Shown piece by piece: positions 62,319-64,000 of a stretch of DNA of 64,000 bases (within the stretch, counting starts at the first letter, position 1; the number at the start of each line of letters is the position of its first letter). Under the pieces are notes generated by a model that saw nothing but the letters and a program-made list of their open reading frames with translations, was not told the origin of the DNA and made no database searches. The position numbers and the translations under genes were made by a program. The DNA comes from Candidatus Latescibacterota bacterium. Its GTDB lineage: Bacteria; Latescibacterota; UBA2968; UBA8231. The stretch spans positions 4,224,001 to 4,288,000 of the forward strand of contig OZ242214.1 of assembly GCA_965206595.1 (NCBI GenBank). The letters are read 5' to 3'.

Positions 62319-63168
62319 GAACCTATCTCAAAATTGAAATTGTTTAAGTAAAATCAAAATGGATGCAAGTTGGACGAAGCCAAGAAAATTCTCCGGATAC
62401 AATTCCCAGCGCGTGATCACTCGACGCTGCCATTGAAGCCAAGCAAAGAACCTCTCAACCATCCAACGCCGCACATAACGCCGCAATCGCCGTCCGTCCT
62501 GAGTCTTTTTCTTGGTCCGATTCTGGCGATGCGGGGCGATCATCTCGATCCCGTCTTTCCTAAGCTCTTCATCCAACGAATCGCTGTCGTACGCCTTGTC
62601 GCCGATCAAGTTGTCAGGTTGGTCTTCGATCAGGTAAAAATCAAAGGTCAACTGAACCAGCGTCACTTCATGATGGTTCGCTGCATGCGTGCTCACCGCC
62701 AAGGGAAGCCCATTGCCGTCCACGATCCCCATGACCCGCACTCCCTTACCTCGCTTGGTGTGGCCGATATCGGAACCTCCACCCTTGGCCGCCGAGAACA
62801 TGCCATCGATGAAAGCCTCCGATTCGTCCAAGCCCCCTTGCTCGTGAAGTGTCTGGGCCAGGTCCATGAGAACTTCGCGTACTACCCCTTGACGACACCA
62901 GTTTTGAAAACGGCGATGCACGGTTTTGTAGTTCGGATAGCACGGCGGCAACATATGCCATTGAGCCCCGGTGCTTAGAATCCAGAGGACGGCTTCAAAA
63001 ACATCACGCGTGCAAACCGGTTTGCGACCCGGATGGCTCTTGGGACGAAGTTCTTCAGGAAAGTGATGCCGGATTCGTTGCCATTGCATGTCGGTCAGAT
63101 TGACCATACACCAAGGGTACATCACTATCATTTCGAAAACAAGTTTTTGCCTATTTTGAGATAGGTTC
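62319..63168 (-). mobile_element. IS5-family insertion sequence, copy 3
   Basis: Same IRs, with AT on both flanks. Confidence 0.93.
62328..63131 (-). CDS. IS5-family transposase
   Basis: Near-identical to copies 1 and 2. Confidence 0.93.
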   Translation of the reverse strand: MIVMYPWCMVNLTDMQWQRIRHHFPEELRPKSHPGRKPVCTRDVFEAVLWILSTGAQWHMLPPCYPNYKTVHRRFQNWCRQGVVREVLMDLAQTLHEQGGLDESEAFIDGMFSAAKGGGSDIGHTKRGKGVRVMGIVDGNGLPLAVSTHAANHHEVTLVQLTFDFYLIEDQPDNLIGDKAYDSDSLDEELRKDGIEMIAPHRQNRTKKKTQDGRRLRRYVRRWMVERFFAWLQWQRRVITRWELYPENFLGFVQLASILILLKQFQF

Positions 63169-63325
63169 ATGAAAAACCTGAACCCCCTTACTACCGGTGG
63201 CGCCGAAAACGTGACCGCGAAGAAACGCAGGTTTATTTGTGCGGAGCGTGTTACGAGAGGTTGACAGCCGGCCCGGAATCAGGCTGAGTTCCTTGAACTC
63301 ATTTTTCCAGCGAAAGGAGTAGCAA

Positions 63326-63694
63326 ATGGGCTTTTCTACCCTGATAGCACCCACGGAAATCGAGGTTTACCGAATCAGAGACACCCCTCTATTCTTGTTC
63401 GATTTTGAGTTAGACATCGCATCAAACCTACTGGACAATGGGCCTGTACAACACGCTCATGGGCCTGTACTTGTGGGGAAATACCGCGTAAATAAACCAT
63501 TTTTCATCCATACGCCGGAGAAGGAACATGATTCTCCCTTTTCTTCCATCTGGCATCCCGGGGGAGCCTTTACCGCAGAGGATATCCACAAAGGGAAGGG
63601 TCCAGACTACATCGAGGAAACTGGTCGAGATGATAGCCAGGAAGAATACGAAGCCAAAGTGGAAGCCCTGAAGGCTCGGAGAAATCCAGAATAA
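63326..63694 (+). CDS. Hypothetical protein
   Basis: AAGGAG RBS before ATG. 122-aa ORF in AT-richer DNA with no recognised motif. Confidence 0.55.
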   Translation: MGFSTLIAPTEIEVYRIRDTPLFLFDFELDIASNLLDNGPVQHAHGPVLVGKYRVNKPFFIHTPEKEHDSPFSSIWHPGGAFTAEDIHKGKGPDYIEETGRDDSQEEYEAKVEALKARRNPE

Positions 63695-63817
63695 GGGGAA
63701 GAATTGGGTGGAAATCGAGCGACAGCGGCGAAGAGTTGCCCTAATCGAGGACCTACAGCATCCCGCCTTGGAACTGGCGGCTGCGGAGGCTGATAACGGG
63801 GAGGATGTCGTCGGGCG

Positions 63818-64000
63818 TCATCTTCGGTGACTTCCTTTTATAGCCCCCCACGTGGTTTGGACGATGGCGGTGGCAACATCCGCACGCTTAAATTCATACG
63901 TTTCCGGACTTTGGTCAAACACACTGCTGGTTATTAGTAAGGTGTCGCCTTCGATGGCATAGACGCCCCTCAGTTCCATCAGGAGCCCAAGCCCCGCCTG
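63818..64000 (-). CDS. 3' end of a protein with C-terminal TWGAIK motif (partial, runs off the window)
   Basis: Manual translation: ...YAIEGDTLLIT...FKRADVATAIVQTTWGAIKGSHRR*. Not in the supplied ORF track. Confidence 0.7.
   Translation of the reverse strand, partial: QAGLGLLMELRGVYAIEGDTLLITSSVFDQSPETYEFKRADVATAIVQTTWGAIKGSHRR

Noticed and set aside
30040-63168. Composite transposon or simple inversion bounded by IS5 copies
   Set aside because: The 2-bp flank matches (AT, CA) are too short to be informative, and rejoining the flanks does not restore the TPR, adhesin or DUF1156 reading frames.

Overview
GC-rich bacterial window. By inference it comes from an FCB-group, Latescibacterota/Gemmatimonadota-like organism, probably host-associated (e.g. 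a sponge symbiont), given the FlgD-tailed secreted proteins, C-terminal (S/T)WGxIK motifs, Fn3/cadherin/Calx-beta adhesins, and YWTD and TPR/ASPIC proteins. 1-9.6 kb: catabolic cluster (GalrD-II-like enolase-superfamily dehydratase, DUF6807/PmoA-like protein, two gamma-glutamyltransferases, SGNH hydrolase, deleted amidohydrolase, BNR/sialidase-like protein, RraA-like aldolase). 10-25.5 kb: pstSCAB-phoU-phoB-phoR operon, bracketed by two paralogous secreted FlgD-domain proteins and preceded by a DcaP-like porin. pstS, pstC, pstA and phoR are frameshifted, while pstB, phoU and phoB are intact. 25.7-30 kb: tpx, a PhyH dioxygenase and gene remnants. 30-36.5 kb: IS5 copy and a giant Fn3/cadherin/Calx-beta/FlgD adhesin. 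37-42 kb: thrS, M50 peptidase, proS, cupin. 42-64 kb: eroded accessory region with IS66, IS5 x2, an IS1182/IS5-like element, ISL3, a small secreted Cys-rich defensin-like peptide, defence-island remnants (DUF1156, DUF262, XRE-nuclease, YgjP, DUF2971, DUF1524), a tRNA-3'-end att-like site, a purL fragment, and a P450-LuxR-adhesin cassette. Best leads: three coexisting C-terminal sorting signals on secreted proteins, the defensin-like peptide, Cys-bounded variable loops in Fn3 repeats with module shuffling, selective decay of the Pst system, and a Thr-codon leader with a hairpin before thrS. All family calls are by motif recognition only; no searches were run.
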